From: the human T2T-CHM13v2.0 reference genome, Homo sapiens
Assembly (NCBI RefSeq): GCF_009914755.1
Contig: NC_060933.1
Direction: 5' to 3' (one strand)
Length of the DNA stretch: 64,000 nt
The position numbers and the translations under genes were made by a program. This document shows positions 59,691 through 64,000 of this stretch, in pieces; within the stretch, counting starts at the first letter, position 1, and each line of letters opens with the position of its first letter. Below the pieces are notes generated by a model, which was given only the letters and a program-made list of their open reading frames with translations, searched no databases and was not told the origin of the DNA.

Positions 59691-59904
59691 CTGATCATGT
59701 ATGTCAACCATGACTGCATTCTGCTGGGGTGGATGAGCAGCAGGATGTAGCAGACGGGGAGATACATTCGGAGGGTGGAAGGCTCGAGGCTCCTCTATTG
59801 CTTGCTGCTGTGCGTAAGGGAGATGGTGATAGTTTTCATCTTGACTAATGGAATTATGTCGAGACAGACGATCCCTTCTTCCTCTCTGGCGCCTGACAGG
59901 AGGA
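59691..59904 (-). CDS. RNF38: RNF38 coding exon (214 nt; SPPVRRQRGRRDRLSRHNS...VMVDIHDQ), first exon in window; upstream exons lie beyond the window
   Basis: Acceptor tttatcacag|T, donor CAG|gtacaa; translation matches recalled RNF38; basic RRQRGRR stretch; phases 2/0. Confidence 0.95.
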
Positions 59905-60576
59905 CTGTGATAAATATCAAAAAGAAAGTCATTATGCTTATTGTGATCCATCAGGATTCTGTATTGTCTTTCTTTGATATCTATCAATAGTATATGCTAA
60001 GGTAAGCTTCATTATTAAATAACTGCTAAAATTCCCCATCAGCTCTAAAAACTTACAAATTTAAATACAAGGTATATGTTTTATACAATAATGAAAGCAA
60101 ACAGTATTGGTATTCATCTCTGAAAGTATTTAGAAATCAACAGCTACAATTTTTTCTTGAATCATATGAAATTGCCCTTTTTATAAGTGAAAAATAGTCT
60201 AATAGCAACAATTTCATATAATTTAACCTACCATTTTCTCCCTTTTTAAATATTATAATAAAACGAACTTTAATCTGTAGATACCTTGTCAGTGTTCCTC
60301 ATATACCTAATAGGCACCTTTTTGTCTATTTAGCTAACACATACATAAGACATAGTTCCTATGTGGCCAAAATGACACTTTTAAAAAATGAGAAAACATG
60401 AAATAACCAAAGAACATATAATTTGCTGACAACCGCAAATAGAAACTGGGTAAACACGCGATGAATATGATTGAGAATATGATAGTATCAACATAAATAT
60501 TCCAAGAATATATAAAATTTTTAACTTTTAATTTTTATGGGTGCACACAAGGTATATATACTTACATAGAATTTTA

Positions 60577-63969
<3,393 letters not shown>

Positions 63970-64000
63970 TAACTGTACATTTGTTTTATTCATCATAAAA

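Overview
Primate (most likely human) genomic DNA. The right ~37.5 kb holds the 3' part of the RING-H2 E3 ubiquitin ligase gene RNF38 on the minus strand (human 9p13 from recall). It has nine coding exons, all bounded by GT-AG and phase-compatible (1192 coding nt), and a ~3.35 kb transposon-free 3'UTR with AATAAA at 26463-26458. The left ~26 kb is intergenic and very repeat-rich: a 5'-truncated L1PA, an ERV1 solo LTR, MaLR LTRs, L2/MIR and MER DNA transposons, with roughly 60 Alu copies or fragments across the whole window. Almost all ORFs in the supplied track are Alu, L1 or simple-repeat artefacts. I found no convincing new gene or biological system. Oddities worth checking: inverted Alus bracketing a stop-free 339-nt exon pair, a tailless Alu with a 48-bp duplication, a 56-bp dispersed duplication, a CpG/ETS-rich patch next to a 51-bp tandem duplication, a CTCF-like motif, a candidate poison exon, Alus with G-tails and an inversion inside an old L1. 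Repeat subfamily names come from recalled consensus features, not a database search, and repeat ends are approximate.
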